The notes under the pieces are model-generated. The model had not been told where the DNA came from. It did no database searches and was given only the letters and a program-made list of their open reading frames with translations. The position numbers and the translations under genes were made by a program. From contig CBDCXL010000002.1 in assembly GCA_965223795.1 (NCBI GenBank), positions 3,136,001-3,200,000 of the forward strand: a stretch of DNA of 64,000 bases, in the 5' to 3' direction. Below, piece after piece: positions 38,670 through 48,573 of the stretch; positions within the stretch are counted from its first letter, which is position 1; each line of letters begins with the position of its first letter. The DNA is from Nitrospinales bacterium. GTDB lineage: Bacteria; Nitrospinota; Nitrospinia; Nitrospinales; VA-1.

Positions 38670-39793
38670 GGTTGTTCACTCACTTTTTCGAGCGTGGTGG
38701 CAATGACCTGCTCCCACATCCGCGAAACTTTTTCTAAAGAAAAACGGTCGGACACTTCCTGTGCGCGCGCCGCCAGGCTCTTGCGATATGCTTCATCGCC
38801 CATCAGCCGGTCGAGCCCCTCGGCCAGACCGCTCACATCCTGCGCGGGAACCAGAAGCCCGTCGACGCCGTCGCGGATGATGGCCCTGGGACCGGTGGGG
38901 CAGTCGAAGCTGATCACCGGCAGACCGCAGGCCATGGCCTCGCAGAGAACGTTGGGGAATCCTTCGTAGCGGGACGAAAGCGCGAATAGATCCGCCTCCA
39001 TCATTTTTTCAGCCGGCTGCTTGGTGACGCCGGCAAGCTCGACGGAATCGGTCAGTCCCAGCTCGTCGCGCAGGTTTTCCAGCTCCTGGGCCGGCTTTTT
39101 GTCGTGGATGGCGCCCCAGATCTTGAGCGACCAATCCGGATATTTGTGCGCCACCTTCGAGAAGGCCTGGATCAACAGATCGAATCCCTTCTGCTCGTTC
39201 ACCCTTCCCATTGCCAGCAGGGTTTTGCGTGCATCTTTTTTCAATACATGCGCCCCGTTGGTCTTCCTGATTTCGGGAGGACGCACCGGATTGGGGATCA
39301 GCCAGATCGGCGCTTTCACGCATTTTGAAAAATATTCGCGGATTGCATCGGTCTGCACGATCAGTCCCGCGGACTGCGAATACGCCCAGGGACGGATTTT
39401 GTGCCACAGTTTCCGGCCCGAGAGGCTTTCGGGAAGATTCCGTTCCGAGACCAGGACCGGGATCTTGAGTCCCTTGGCCGCCACCGCGGTGATGATGTTC
39501 TGCTGCACGCCGAAACAGATGACCATCTCCGGTTTGCTGCGCCGGATGGCCCGCCGCAACTGCCAGAGTCGCTTGAGGTTGAAAAACACCGCTTCTTTCC
39601 AGTTCGCCGACACGGTGACGAGGTCGAGCGGCCGGTAGTCGATGTCCGGATGCAGCTCATAAAAAGGCGGATAGCCGTCGAACGTGATGATGGTGATCTC
39701 CCAGCCTTTTTCAGCCCAATGGTTCGCCAGCGTCGTCAGCACGCGCTCGGCGCCGCCGGGTGTGAGGGCGTTTATGATGAAGGTCAGCCTCAT
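38666..39793 (-). CDS. GT4 glycosyltransferase (PglH/AmsD-like)
   Basis: GGAERV, QKGFD, SRYEGFPNVLCEAM, DCPTGP; ATG 39793 overlaps the flippase stop. Confidence 0.9.
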   Translation of the reverse strand: MRLTFIINALTPGGAERVLTTLANHWAEKGWEITIITFDGYPPFYELHPDIDYRPLDLVTVSANWKEAVFFNLKRLWQLRRAIRRSKPEMVICFGVQQNIITAVAAKGLKIPVLVSERNLPESLSGRKLWHKIRPWAYSQSAGLIVQTDAIREYFSKCVKAPIWLIPNPVRPPEIRKTNGAHVLKKDARKTLLAMGRVNEQKGFDLLIQAFSKVAHKYPDWSLKIWGAIHDKKPAQELENLRDELGLTDSVELAGVTKQPAEKMMEADLFALSSRYEGFPNVLCEAMACGLPVISFDCPTGPRAIIRDGVDGLLVPAQDVSGLAEGLDRLMGDEAYRKSLAARAQEVSDRFSLEKVSRMWEQVIATTLEKVSEQP

Positions 39794-41178
39794 TGTGCAC
39801 CTGCCGTGATGCGTTGCATTTTCCGCTTCAGACCAACGGACAGAAACCAGTTCGAAACCAGATAGACGCACGCCGTCGAAAGCGCGATTCCGGAAACCCC
39901 CATGAACTGCATGAACGTGTAGTTCAGGACGATGTTCAGGGGAAAGGAAATCAGGGTTCCGTAAAACAGAAGCTGGTTGTACTTGAGCGAGGAGATCAGG
40001 CGCACCTTCATGATCGAAAGAATGTAGAACGGAATCTGCAATGCGTACATGGCCTGGATCTCTCCGACCAGCAAGGTGTCCTGCTCGGTGAATGCGCCGC
40101 GTTCGAAAAACAGCCGGATCAGCGGTTCGGAAAAGGCATAGATCAGGATCGTCAGCGGCACCGAAATTTGAAAGATCAGCAGGGAATATTTTTTCAACGT
40201 GTCGGCGATGCCGTCCCAGTCCTCATTGGCGGCCATTTTCGAAAAATAGGGCAGGACCGCGGTGCCCAGTCCCATCGCGCCGATCGCCAGGATCGCGGCG
40301 GGAATACGGCTCCCGTAACCCAGCGCGGCGACGCTGCCCGATTCCAGCATGGCCGCCATCGACTGATCGACGATGTAGGTGCCGGCCATGATCATGGCGC
40401 CGCCGAGAATGGGAAAATACTGTTTGATGACGCCGCGGATCTGCGGCGTCAACCCGACCCAGCGCGGGCGCAGCTTGATGTTTTTGCGTTTCAGTCCCCA
40501 GGCCAGTAGCAGTCCCTGACAGGCGAAACCGATGAGGATTCCCAGCACCAGCGCGTGAATGCCGAGCGCCGGTGCGAAGGCGATCATGGCGCCGATGGAC
40601 GCGATCGAAATCACCAGCGGCGAAAACGCGACCAGCGCGAAGTTTTCCCCCGCGTTGAGGATGGAGCTGAAAATGGCCGCCAACCCGTTGAGGATGATCA
40701 CCGGCAGGAGAAAGAAAAACAGTTTCTGCGTCAAAGCCAGCTTTTCGGCGTCGAAGCCGGAGCCGAACAGCGGCAGGATGAACGGCGAGCACAGCGCCAG
40801 CAGCACCATCATCGCCAGCAGGAAACCGACGCACAGCGTCAGGATGCTGCCCGCCAGTTCCTGCGCGGCCTCGGGGCTGTTCTGGTCCCGCTCCTGGATG
40901 TACGCGGGGATCACCGAAGCGTCGAACGAACTGGTGACGATGGTGACCGTGAACGAGGGCAGGATGTAGGCGATGAGGTACGCGTCCATCGCGTCGCTGG
41001 TGCCGTACGAGTAGGCGACCACCAGCTCCTTCAGCATGCCCAGCGCTTTCACGGCGACGGAGCACAGCGCGACGATCAGCGCCGCGCCGAAAATTTTCCG
41101 GTTGGTGGATTTATTGATCAACCGGTTCCACTGACAGGTCAGGTTTTTCAAACTGTACGTTGCCGTCGAATCTGTCAT
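39790..41178 (-). CDS. MurJ/MviN-like MOP flippase
   Basis: YGTSDAMDAY, LPYFS, LFFERGAF, GIALST; about 12 TM segments. Confidence 0.82.
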   Translation of the reverse strand: MTDSTATYSLKNLTCQWNRLINKSTNRKIFGAALIVALCSVAVKALGMLKELVVAYSYGTSDAMDAYLIAYILPSFTVTIVTSSFDASVIPAYIQERDQNSPEAAQELAGSILTLCVGFLLAMMVLLALCSPFILPLFGSGFDAEKLALTQKLFFFLLPVIILNGLAAIFSSILNAGENFALVAFSPLVISIASIGAMIAFAPALGIHALVLGILIGFACQGLLLAWGLKRKNIKLRPRWVGLTPQIRGVIKQYFPILGGAMIMAGTYIVDQSMAAMLESGSVAALGYGSRIPAAILAIGAMGLGTAVLPYFSKMAANEDWDGIADTLKKYSLLIFQISVPLTILIYAFSEPLIRLFFERGAFTEQDTLLVGEIQAMYALQIPFYILSIMKVRLISSLKYNQLLFYGTLISFPLNIVLNYTFMQFMGVSGIALSTACVYLVSNWFLSVGLKRKMQRITAGAQ

Positions 41179-41395
41179 TCAATGACCTGATGGATGGTGG
41201 ATATGTATGCGGAGGGGAGGCGAATCGTAGGAGGAGCGATAATATCGCTTCGGCCTGTTCCGGCAGGATCCGGCCTCCTGTTCCCCCGTGCAACCGTCCC
41301 TGGTTCAAAGATTTTCAGGGAATGTTCAAAAATTTAGTTTAATCCCAAAACCGAATGCTGCAACTGTTTCGATCGTTGCCTGACGGGATCTGTTG

Positions 41396-41457
41396 TTCAA
41401 CCAGTGTGCCACTCTAATATTGGGAATTCATTGAGGTTTTGTAACGGTTTGTTGACA
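41396..41457 (-). promoter_or_regulatory. Palindromic box + N28 + TGGCA module upstream of the flippase/GT operon
   Basis: Plus-strand TGTAAC-N6-TTGACA at 41440-41457; TGGCACACTGGTTGAA follows 28 nt downstream on the minus strand. Confidence 0.55.
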
Positions 41458-41818
41458 GATCGCAGGTGGTGATGGATCGCTGATCCCTGGATGGCGGGAT
41501 GGCTTATAGATTTACATTAACCGCACAAATTTTATGTAACTTCCTGAAAAGTAAGGAGTTATTGATAAGACATTCGCCTTGCGCACAAGGGATTTCGATG
41601 ACCTAAGAATACAGGAAACCCTGAAAAAATGTCAATTTAATCTGGCTGCGGCTTCCGCATTCGGAAAGTAAATTTCCACCTGATTATTCGGAACCCCAGG
41701 CCCTGGGCCCGGGACCGGGAAAAGCGGCGAAAATGGGCCCGCTGAGAGCCTCAGGAGGGCAGGGCCGACCGCACCGGAAAGCCCGCCGGCTTTCCGGTGC
41801 CAGGTTGGCGATACGGGA

Positions 41819-43201
41819 TCAGAAGTGGAGGAAGGCCGGTTTTCCCACCGGGAACACATTGAAGCCGATTTTGTGCAGTTCCTGGTGGTTCAGATGGTTG
41901 CGCCCGTCGAAGATGAAAGCGGGTTTGGCCATGGACTTGTAAATGCGCTCGAAGTCCAGATCGCGGTACTGCTGCCACGCGGTCATCAGAGTGAGGGCGT
42001 GCGCGCCTTCCGCAGCTTTGTACGGGTCTTCAACGTATTCCACATTGTCCAGCCCCTGCATGTCCTTCTTCGCGTTTTCCAGGGCGTGCGGGTCGGTGAT
42101 GGTCAGGTGGGCTTTTTCCTCCAGCAGCCGCTTGCCGATGTAAATGGCGGGCGTGTCGCGGGTGTCGCCGGTGTCCGGCTTGAAGGCAAAGCCGAGCATC
42201 GCCACTTTTTTCCCGACCAGGGTGTTGAACATGCTTTTCAGGATGCGTTTCACGAAGCGGTCCACCTGGTAATCGTTGATCGCGATCACCTGTCGCCAGA
42301 AATCCGCCACTTCATTGAGCTGGTAATGCTCGCAGAGGTACACCAGGTTGAGGATGTCCTTGCGGAAGCAGGAACCGCCGAACCCGACGCCGGCGTTGAG
42401 AAACTTGTCGCCGACCCGCGAGTCCTTGCCCACGGCGCGGGCCACTTCCTGCACATCGGCTTCCGTCGCTTCGCAGATGGCGGCGATGCTGTTGATGGAG
42501 GAGATGCGCTGGGCGAGAAACGCGTTGGAGGCCAGCTTGGAAAGCTCGCTGCTCCACACGTTGGTGGTGATGAGCTTTTCGCGCGGAATCCATTTGAGGT
42601 AGATGTCCAGAAGCTGATCGCGCGCCGCGATGCCGGATGGGGTTTCGTTGGAGCCGATCAGAATGCGGTCGGGATTTTCCATGTCCTGGATGGCGGTGCC
42701 TTCGGCCATGAACTCGGGATTGGAAAGGATCTCGAATTTGACGCCGTTGCTGCCGGAATGCAGGATGGTTTTCAGGGTCTCCGCGTTGCGCACCGGCAGC
42801 GTGCTCTTTTCGATGACGATTTTGTCCGAGCGGGAGTTTTCCTTGATGCGGCGGGCGGTTTTTTCCACGAACTGAAGATCGACGGCTTTGCCCTTGCCTT
42901 CACCGAAAGTTTTGGTGGGGGTGTTGACGGAAACGAAGATGATGTCGGCTTCGTCGATTTCCCGGTCGATGTCGGTGGAGAAGAACAGGTTTTTGCCGCG
43001 GACTTTTTCGACACGGTCCTGCAGCCCCGGCTCGAAGATGGGCAGCCGGTCCGAATTCCAGGCGTCGATCCGCTCCTGGGAAATATCGACCACCGTGATT
43101 TTATGTTCCGGGCATTTATTGGCAATCACCGTCATCGTGGGGCCTCCCACGTATCCGGCACCGACACAAACAATGTTTTTTGAAAATGCCTTTTTCTCCA
43201 T
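41819..43201 (-). CDS. ugd: UDP-glucose 6-dehydrogenase
   Basis: [34 protein letters not shown]. Confidence 0.93.
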   Translation of the reverse strand: MEKKAFSKNIVCVGAGYVGGPTMTVIANKCPEHKITVVDISQERIDAWNSDRLPIFEPGLQDRVEKVRGKNLFFSTDIDREIDEADIIFVSVNTPTKTFGEGKGKAVDLQFVEKTARRIKENSRSDKIVIEKSTLPVRNAETLKTILHSGSNGVKFEILSNPEFMAEGTAIQDMENPDRILIGSNETPSGIAARDQLLDIYLKWIPREKLITTNVWSSELSKLASNAFLAQRISSINSIAAICEATEADVQEVARAVGKDSRVGDKFLNAGVGFGGSCFRKDILNLVYLCEHYQLNEVADFWRQVIAINDYQVDRFVKRILKSMFNTLVGKKVAMLGFAFKPDTGDTRDTPAIYIGKRLLEEKAHLTITDPHALENAKKDMQGLDNVEYVEDPYKAAEGAHALTLMTAWQQYRDLDFERIYKSMAKPAFIFDGRNHLNHQELHKIGFNVFPVGKPAFLHF

Positions 43202-43717
43202 CGTTTTCCTCTTCGCTAAAGTGAATGCCACGTTTTATGGGCCGGCGGTTTCCAGCCCGATTTTAAATAAATTTGGGTATGCAAACGGGTTCGCACTGGA
43301 TGCGATCCAGCGGGGTGGTCCTGCCGGCCGGAGCCGTGCGCTGAGGTTCCCCCGCAGACGTTTTCGTGTTGCCGTTTCCTGCAAGCAGGGCATGGGCCCC
43401 GCACTGTCCAGCCGAGAGTATAGATTGCGGGTATCACGCGCCCGTCAAGCTCCCGTCACAATACGGTCAATTCCAATCGCGGCCCGGCGCCGCGCCGGCA
43501 ACAAAACGGCCTCGTGAAAGCCCGCAAAGCCCCGGCGAATGATTGCTTTATGAATGCCGGGGAGCGTGGTATATTCCGTCGGTCGACTCCCCGGATTCGC
43601 GGGGAACCTGCCCAGGCCGTCCGCCGGGCGATGTGGCTGCCTTTATTTAAAGTTAAGCTCTGCATCCCATAAGATCAAGCCTTCGCTGGCAAAAGATCGG
43701 CCGCACCGGAGGAAGGA

Positions 43718-45142
43718 TTGTTTAACAAGCTGATGTGGTTGGCTGGATGCCTTTGCATCGTTTTTATATTCGCCGGCTGCGATAAAAAACTCACCCAATC
43801 CGAAGCCCGCTCCCTGGATGAAGACAAAGGTTCCGCACCGAGCGGAATTTTTGCCGATTCGTTTCTTTCCATCCTTCCCGGAAAAACCGGTTTCGGGATG
43901 GACACGCCCGCGGGCAGCGGCCCCAAACGCGCGGGCGGGACCGTCTTTCATGTCACCAGCCTGGCCGACTCCGGCGAGGGTACGCTGCGCGAAGCGCTCG
44001 AAGCCGAAGGGCCGCGCGTCATCGTGTTTGACGTTTCGGGATACATCGATCTCAAATCCGAGCTGGTCGTCATCCATCCCTATCTGACCCTCGCGGGCCA
44101 GACCGCGCCTTCGCCGGGCATCACCCTCAAGGGAGCCGGCATCGAAATCACCACCCACGACGTGCTGATCCAGCACATCCGCATTCGCGTCGGCGACAGC
44201 GAAGAGGGGCCTTCGCCCTCCAACCGCGACGCGCTCGGCATCTACGACCATCCCGATGAAGACGACGTGTACAACATCGTGATCGACCACGTGTCCTTAA
44301 GCTGGGCCATCGATGAGAACATCAACACCTGGTACGAGGGCGTGCACGACGTCACCATTTCCAGCAGCATCATCAGTGAAGCGCTGTGGCATTCGCTGCA
44401 TCCGAAAGGGCCGCACTCGAAGGGGTTTCTGGTCGGCTTCGGGACGCACAATCTTTCGGTGATCGGCAACCTGTTCGCGCACAACGATCAGCGCAATCCC
44501 AACGTGCATGGCAACACCAGCACGCTGTTCGTCAACAACCTCATCTACAACTGGCACGGATCGCATCCGCACCGGGCCGCCAGCAGCTTCGGCTCCGATT
44601 ACGGCGAATTCGACGCGACGCTGGTCGGCAACGTCTATCTGCGCGGCAAAGACACGGTCAAGACGGACCGGAACGTGTCCATCCTGGTGGATGAAGATAC
44701 GGTGGACGGGTCGCGTATGTACGTCAAAGACAACTGGGTCGATCAACGCGCCGTCGATTCGTGGCAGCTGGTCAAGATGCGCGCCGATGACGATGTCCGG
44801 GTGGACACGCCGCCGATCTGGATTCCTTCGCTGCAGATCAAACGCAGCGCGCACGTTCCCCGCCTGATCCTCAACAGCGCGGGCGCCCGTCCGGCCGACC
44901 GCGACGCTGTGGATCTGCGCATCCTGAACGATGTGCGGCGGAACTCCGGGAAAATCATCGACAGCCAGAAGCAGGTGGGGGGCTGGCCGCCGCTCGCTGA
45001 AAACGTGCGCGGGAAAAACGGCGTCCCCAAACTGATCGTGCCTTCGCAGAAAATCCAGCCAAGCGGTTACACCGCGCTTGAGGAATGGCTGCATGCCCTC
45101 GCCGACAAGGTGGAGAGGCCCGCCATGCTGCCGCCGCGCTGA
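43718..45142 (+). CDS. Pectate lyase-like (PL1) beta-helix lipoprotein
   Basis: Lipobox FAGC; VTSLADSGEGTLR, AGQTAP, IDHVSLSWAIDE, RNP; GGAGGA before the TTG start. Confidence 0.82.
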   Translation: MFNKLMWLAGCLCIVFIFAGCDKKLTQSEARSLDEDKGSAPSGIFADSFLSILPGKTGFGMDTPAGSGPKRAGGTVFHVTSLADSGEGTLREALEAEGPRVIVFDVSGYIDLKSELVVIHPYLTLAGQTAPSPGITLKGAGIEITTHDVLIQHIRIRVGDSEEGPSPSNRDALGIYDHPDEDDVYNIVIDHVSLSWAIDENINTWYEGVHDVTISSSIISEALWHSLHPKGPHSKGFLVGFGTHNLSVIGNLFAHNDQRNPNVHGNTSTLFVNNLIYNWHGSHPHRAASSFGSDYGEFDATLVGNVYLRGKDTVKTDRNVSILVDEDTVDGSRMYVKDNWVDQRAVDSWQLVKMRADDDVRVDTPPIWIPSLQIKRSAHVPRLILNSAGARPADRDAVDLRILNDVRRNSGKIIDSQKQVGGWPPLAENVRGKNGVPKLIVPSQKIQPSGYTALEEWLHALADKVERPAMLPPR

Positions 45143-45195
45143 CTCTCACGAACAAGCCTTTACATCAGCCGGACACACGGTAAGCGGAGTTGCGT

Positions 45196-45228
45196 GCTGT
45201 CACCCTTCGACAGGCTCAGGGTGACAGC
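45196..45228. repeat. REP-like hairpin between convergent genes
   Basis: GCTGTCACCCT-N11-AGGGTGACAGC perfect stem; shares CCCTTCGACA(A/G)GCTCAGGGTGACA with the 12626 element. Confidence 0.65.
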
Positions 45229-45270
45229 TAAGAGACGCATGCAGTGGTTTCCGCAGCGCGGTGCTAAGAA

Positions 45271-46254
45271 TCAGACGCCGTGCAGCTTGCGCCGGGCCGT
45301 GCCGGTGATCCGGTCCATCGCGTTCGAGAACCGGGAGTGATCGATCAGGTAGATCCCGTAGCCGACCGGCAGCATGATGGCCCACAGGAATTTTGAAAAC
45401 CCCTTGTTCACCGCTTTGGAAAGCTGCACCACCCGCTCTCCCGCGTGCTTGGCGTAACGGGTGTAGAGGAACGCGGAAATGAAAAAGGTGTGCGGCGAAT
45501 GCCGGAACCAGTGGATGCCGTCGTTGAGGATCGTGAGGTTGCGCATGGCGCGCGCCTTGGAGTTTTTGTGCGGCGGCGTCGGCAACGACATCTGATCGGC
45601 GCGTCCGTCCTCGGCGATGTAGTAGATGCGCAGCTGCTCGTTGACATAGCGGGTCTGGTATTTGCGCGCGATCTTGATCCAGATCGTGCCGGGCAGCATG
45701 TGCACGCCGTTCTTCAAATCGGGGAAGGGGTACTGGCGCAGCACTTCCACACGCTGCATGCCCCATTTTTCACCCTTGATCTTGTACTTGAAGGAATTCT
45801 CGCCGGAATTGGAGTCAAAAATGTCTTTGGGGTAGGGGTCGCCCACCAGTTTTCCGTTCTGATCCTTGCACAGAGCCGTGACGCCGATGAACTTGTCCTT
45901 GTCGGCGTCGGGAATGTCCTCCCAGTTCTTGAGCAGCCGCTCCAGGCCTTCGGGCAGGATGGCGTCGTCGGAATCCAGGTTGGTCAGAAAGCGGCCGCGC
46001 GCTTCGGCGACGCCGCGGTTCCAGGCGATGTGCCAGCCGGTGTTGTCCTTCCAGGAAAAGTGGCGGATGGGAAAGTCGGCTTCCTGTTTCCACTTCTCTA
46101 TGAGTTCGTCGGTGTTGTCGGTGGAACCGTTGTTCATGATGACCCACTCAAAATCGCGGAAGGTCTGCGCCTTCAGACTGTCGTACACGCGGTGCAGACA
46201 GAACGCCCGGTTGTAAGAGCAGGTGAACACGGTGATGGTGTGATCGTACTTCAT
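45271..46254 (-). CDS. GT2 glycosyltransferase
   Basis: VFTCSYNRA, NNGSTD, LDSDD. Confidence 0.88.
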   Translation of the reverse strand: MKYDHTITVFTCSYNRAFCLHRVYDSLKAQTFRDFEWVIMNNGSTDNTDELIEKWKQEADFPIRHFSWKDNTGWHIAWNRGVAEARGRFLTNLDSDDAILPEGLERLLKNWEDIPDADKDKFIGVTALCKDQNGKLVGDPYPKDIFDSNSGENSFKYKIKGEKWGMQRVEVLRQYPFPDLKNGVHMLPGTIWIKIARKYQTRYVNEQLRIYYIAEDGRADQMSLPTPPHKNSKARAMRNLTILNDGIHWFRHSPHTFFISAFLYTRYAKHAGERVVQLSKAVNKGFSKFLWAIMLPVGYGIYLIDHSRFSNAMDRITGTARRKLHGV

Positions 46255-46340
46255 GTTTCAATCTCCTTTGCTCCCCCCGGGCCAATTTGATTTTGATGGT
46301 TCCAATGATTCACGATACCAGTTTTAAAAACGCGTTGCAT

Positions 46341-47369
46341 TCACTTCATGACCGTTGAATTTTTTACGGAGTAATAGGACGTAAACCATTCGACGAAGTT
46401 TTTAACGCCTTCGTGAATGTTGAACCTGGGCTTGTAACCGAAGTCCTCGATCAGGCCGGATACGTCCGCGTGCGATTTGTGAAAGTCGCCGAGCTGAAAC
46501 GGCATCATGTTGAGCTGGGCCTTGATGCCGAGGTTTTTCTCGATCTCGCGGATGAAGTCCATCAGCTTGACCGGCGAATTGGAGCCGATGTTGTAGAGCC
46601 TGAACGGCGCCGACGAGGTGCACGGGTTGGGCGCGGTTTCGTCCCAGTCCGGGTCCGGTTCGGCGACTTTCTGCACGACGCGGATGACGCCTTCGACGAT
46701 GTCGTCGATGTAGGTGAAGTCGCGGATCATGTTGCCGTGGTTGAACACGTCGATCGGCTTGTCCTCCAGGATGTTCTTGGTGAACAGGAACAGGGCCATG
46801 TCCGGCCGGCCCCAGGGACCGTACACGGTGAAAAAGCGCAATCCGGTAACAGGAAGGTTGAACAGATGCGCGTAGGAATGCGCCATCATCTCGTTGTCCT
46901 TCTTGGTCGCGGCATAGAGCGAGACCGGGTGGTTGGCGCTGTCCTGAACCGAAAAGGGATACTTCTTGTTGAGCCCGTACACCGAGCTGGTCGAAGCGAA
47001 CACCAGGTGCTCCACCTGATGGTGGCGGCAGCCTTCGAGAATGTTGAGCGTGCCCACGACGTTGCTCTGAATGTAGGTGTGCGGGTCCTGCAAAGAATAA
47101 CGCACGCCCGCCTGTGCGCCCAGGTGGATGACGCGCTGCGGCTTCTCCTTGTTGAACAGCTTCGCCACGCCAGCCTGGTCCGACAGGTCGGTCTTGTAAA
47201 AGGTGAACTGGGAAAATTCCTTCAGCAGCTTCAGCCGGGACTTTTTCAGCTCGACGGAATAGTACTTGTTCATGTTGTCGAGACCCACCACTTCGTGTCC
47301 CATCTCCATGAGGCGTTTGGACGTGTGGAAGCCGATGAATCCCGCTGCGCCTGTGACCAGAATTTTCAT
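46341..47369 (-). CDS. UDP-glucuronate 4-epimerase-like SDR
   Basis: TGAAGFIG, AQAGVRYS, YAATK, RFFTVYGPWGRPDMA. Confidence 0.9.
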   Translation of the reverse strand: MKILVTGAAGFIGFHTSKRLMEMGHEVVGLDNMNKYYSVELKKSRLKLLKEFSQFTFYKTDLSDQAGVAKLFNKEKPQRVIHLGAQAGVRYSLQDPHTYIQSNVVGTLNILEGCRHHQVEHLVFASTSSVYGLNKKYPFSVQDSANHPVSLYAATKKDNEMMAHSYAHLFNLPVTGLRFFTVYGPWGRPDMALFLFTKNILEDKPIDVFNHGNMIRDFTYIDDIVEGVIRVVQKVAEPDPDWDETAPNPCTSSAPFRLYNIGSNSPVKLMDFIREIEKNLGIKAQLNMMPFQLGDFHKSHADVSGLIEDFGYKPRFNIHEGVKNFVEWFTSYYSVKNSTVMK

Positions 47370-47414
47370 GTAACGGTTCTCTCCATTAATGAGCGATAGA
47401 GGTGATGCCGAAGG

Positions 47415-48554
47415 TCAGTCGTTGTAAAACGCCTTGATCGTCTGCACCACGTATTCCTGCTGCTCCGCCGTCATGCCCGGATACACCGGCAGCGCCAGGG
47501 TTTCGCGGCACGCCGCCTCGGACACGGGGAAATCCCCTTCCTTGTGTCCCAGGTAAGCGAAGCAGTCCTGCAGGTGGAAGGGGACCGGGTAGTAGACCTC
47601 GGTGCCGATTCCCTTGTCCTTCAAATGAGCGCGCAGGGTGTCGCGGTCCTGCACGCGGATCACGTACTGATTGTAGATGTGGTGATTGAGCACCTTGGAA
47701 TCGGCGTACACCGCTTCCGGCACCTTGACACGGCCGGTCTCGACCAGGCAGTTTTCCTTGAACAGAGCGTTGTAGCGGCCGGCGTTTTCGCGCCGCGCGG
47801 CGTTCCAGGATTCCAGGTGGTCGAGCTTCACGTCCAGCACCGCCGCCTGCAGGCTGTCCAGGCGGAAATTGCCGCCGATCAGCTTATGGTAATACTTGGG
47901 CCGGCTGCCGTGCACCCGCAATATGCGGATCCTGTCTTCCAGCGCGTCGTCGTTGGTGACGACCATGCCGCCGTCGCCGAAACCGCCGAGGTTTTTGGTC
48001 GGGAAGAAGGAGAAGCAGCCCACATCTCCCAGGTTGCCGGTTTTGCGGCCGTCCTTGTACTGCGCGCCCAAAGACTGCGCGGCGTCCTCCACCACTTTCA
48101 GGTTGTGCTTGCGCGCGATTGCGACGATGCGGTCGCTGTCGGCGCACTGGCCGTACAGGTGCACGGGCAGGATCACTTTGGTCTTGTCCGTGATCGCGGC
48201 TTCTATCTTGTCCGGGTCGATGTTGTAGGTGACCGGATCGATGTCCACGAACACCGGCTTGGCTCCCAGCCGGGAGACGCAACCCGCCGTCGCGAAAAAC
48301 GAGAACGGTGTGGTGATCACTTCGTCGCCGGGCTCGACGTCCAGCGCCATGAGCGAGATGAGCAGGGCGTCGGTGCCGGAGGAGACGCCGATGGCGTGTC
48401 CGGTGCCGCAGTAATCGGCGATTTTTTTCTCGAAGTTCTGCACTTCCGCGCCGAGGATGAAGGCGCTTTTTTTGACGACCCGTGTGATCGCCTTGAAAAT
48501 TTCTCCCTCGATGGGGTCGTGCTGTTTGCTCAGGTCCAGTAAAGGTATATTCAT
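47415..48554 (-). CDS. DegT-family aminotransferase (WbpE-like)
   Basis: SSGTDAL, EDAAQ, SFFPTKNLGGFGDGG; in an operon with WbpA/B/D-like genes. Confidence 0.88.
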   Translation of the reverse strand: MNIPLLDLSKQHDPIEGEIFKAITRVVKKSAFILGAEVQNFEKKIADYCGTGHAIGVSSGTDALLISLMALDVEPGDEVITTPFSFFATAGCVSRLGAKPVFVDIDPVTYNIDPDKIEAAITDKTKVILPVHLYGQCADSDRIVAIARKHNLKVVEDAAQSLGAQYKDGRKTGNLGDVGCFSFFPTKNLGGFGDGGMVVTNDDALEDRIRILRVHGSRPKYYHKLIGGNFRLDSLQAAVLDVKLDHLESWNAARRENAGRYNALFKENCLVETGRVKVPEAVYADSKVLNHHIYNQYVIRVQDRDTLRAHLKDKGIGTEVYYPVPFHLQDCFAYLGHKEGDFPVSEAACRETLALPVYPGMTAEQQEYVVQTIKAFYND

Positions 48555-48573
48555 TTTATAGATACCGCTTCCT

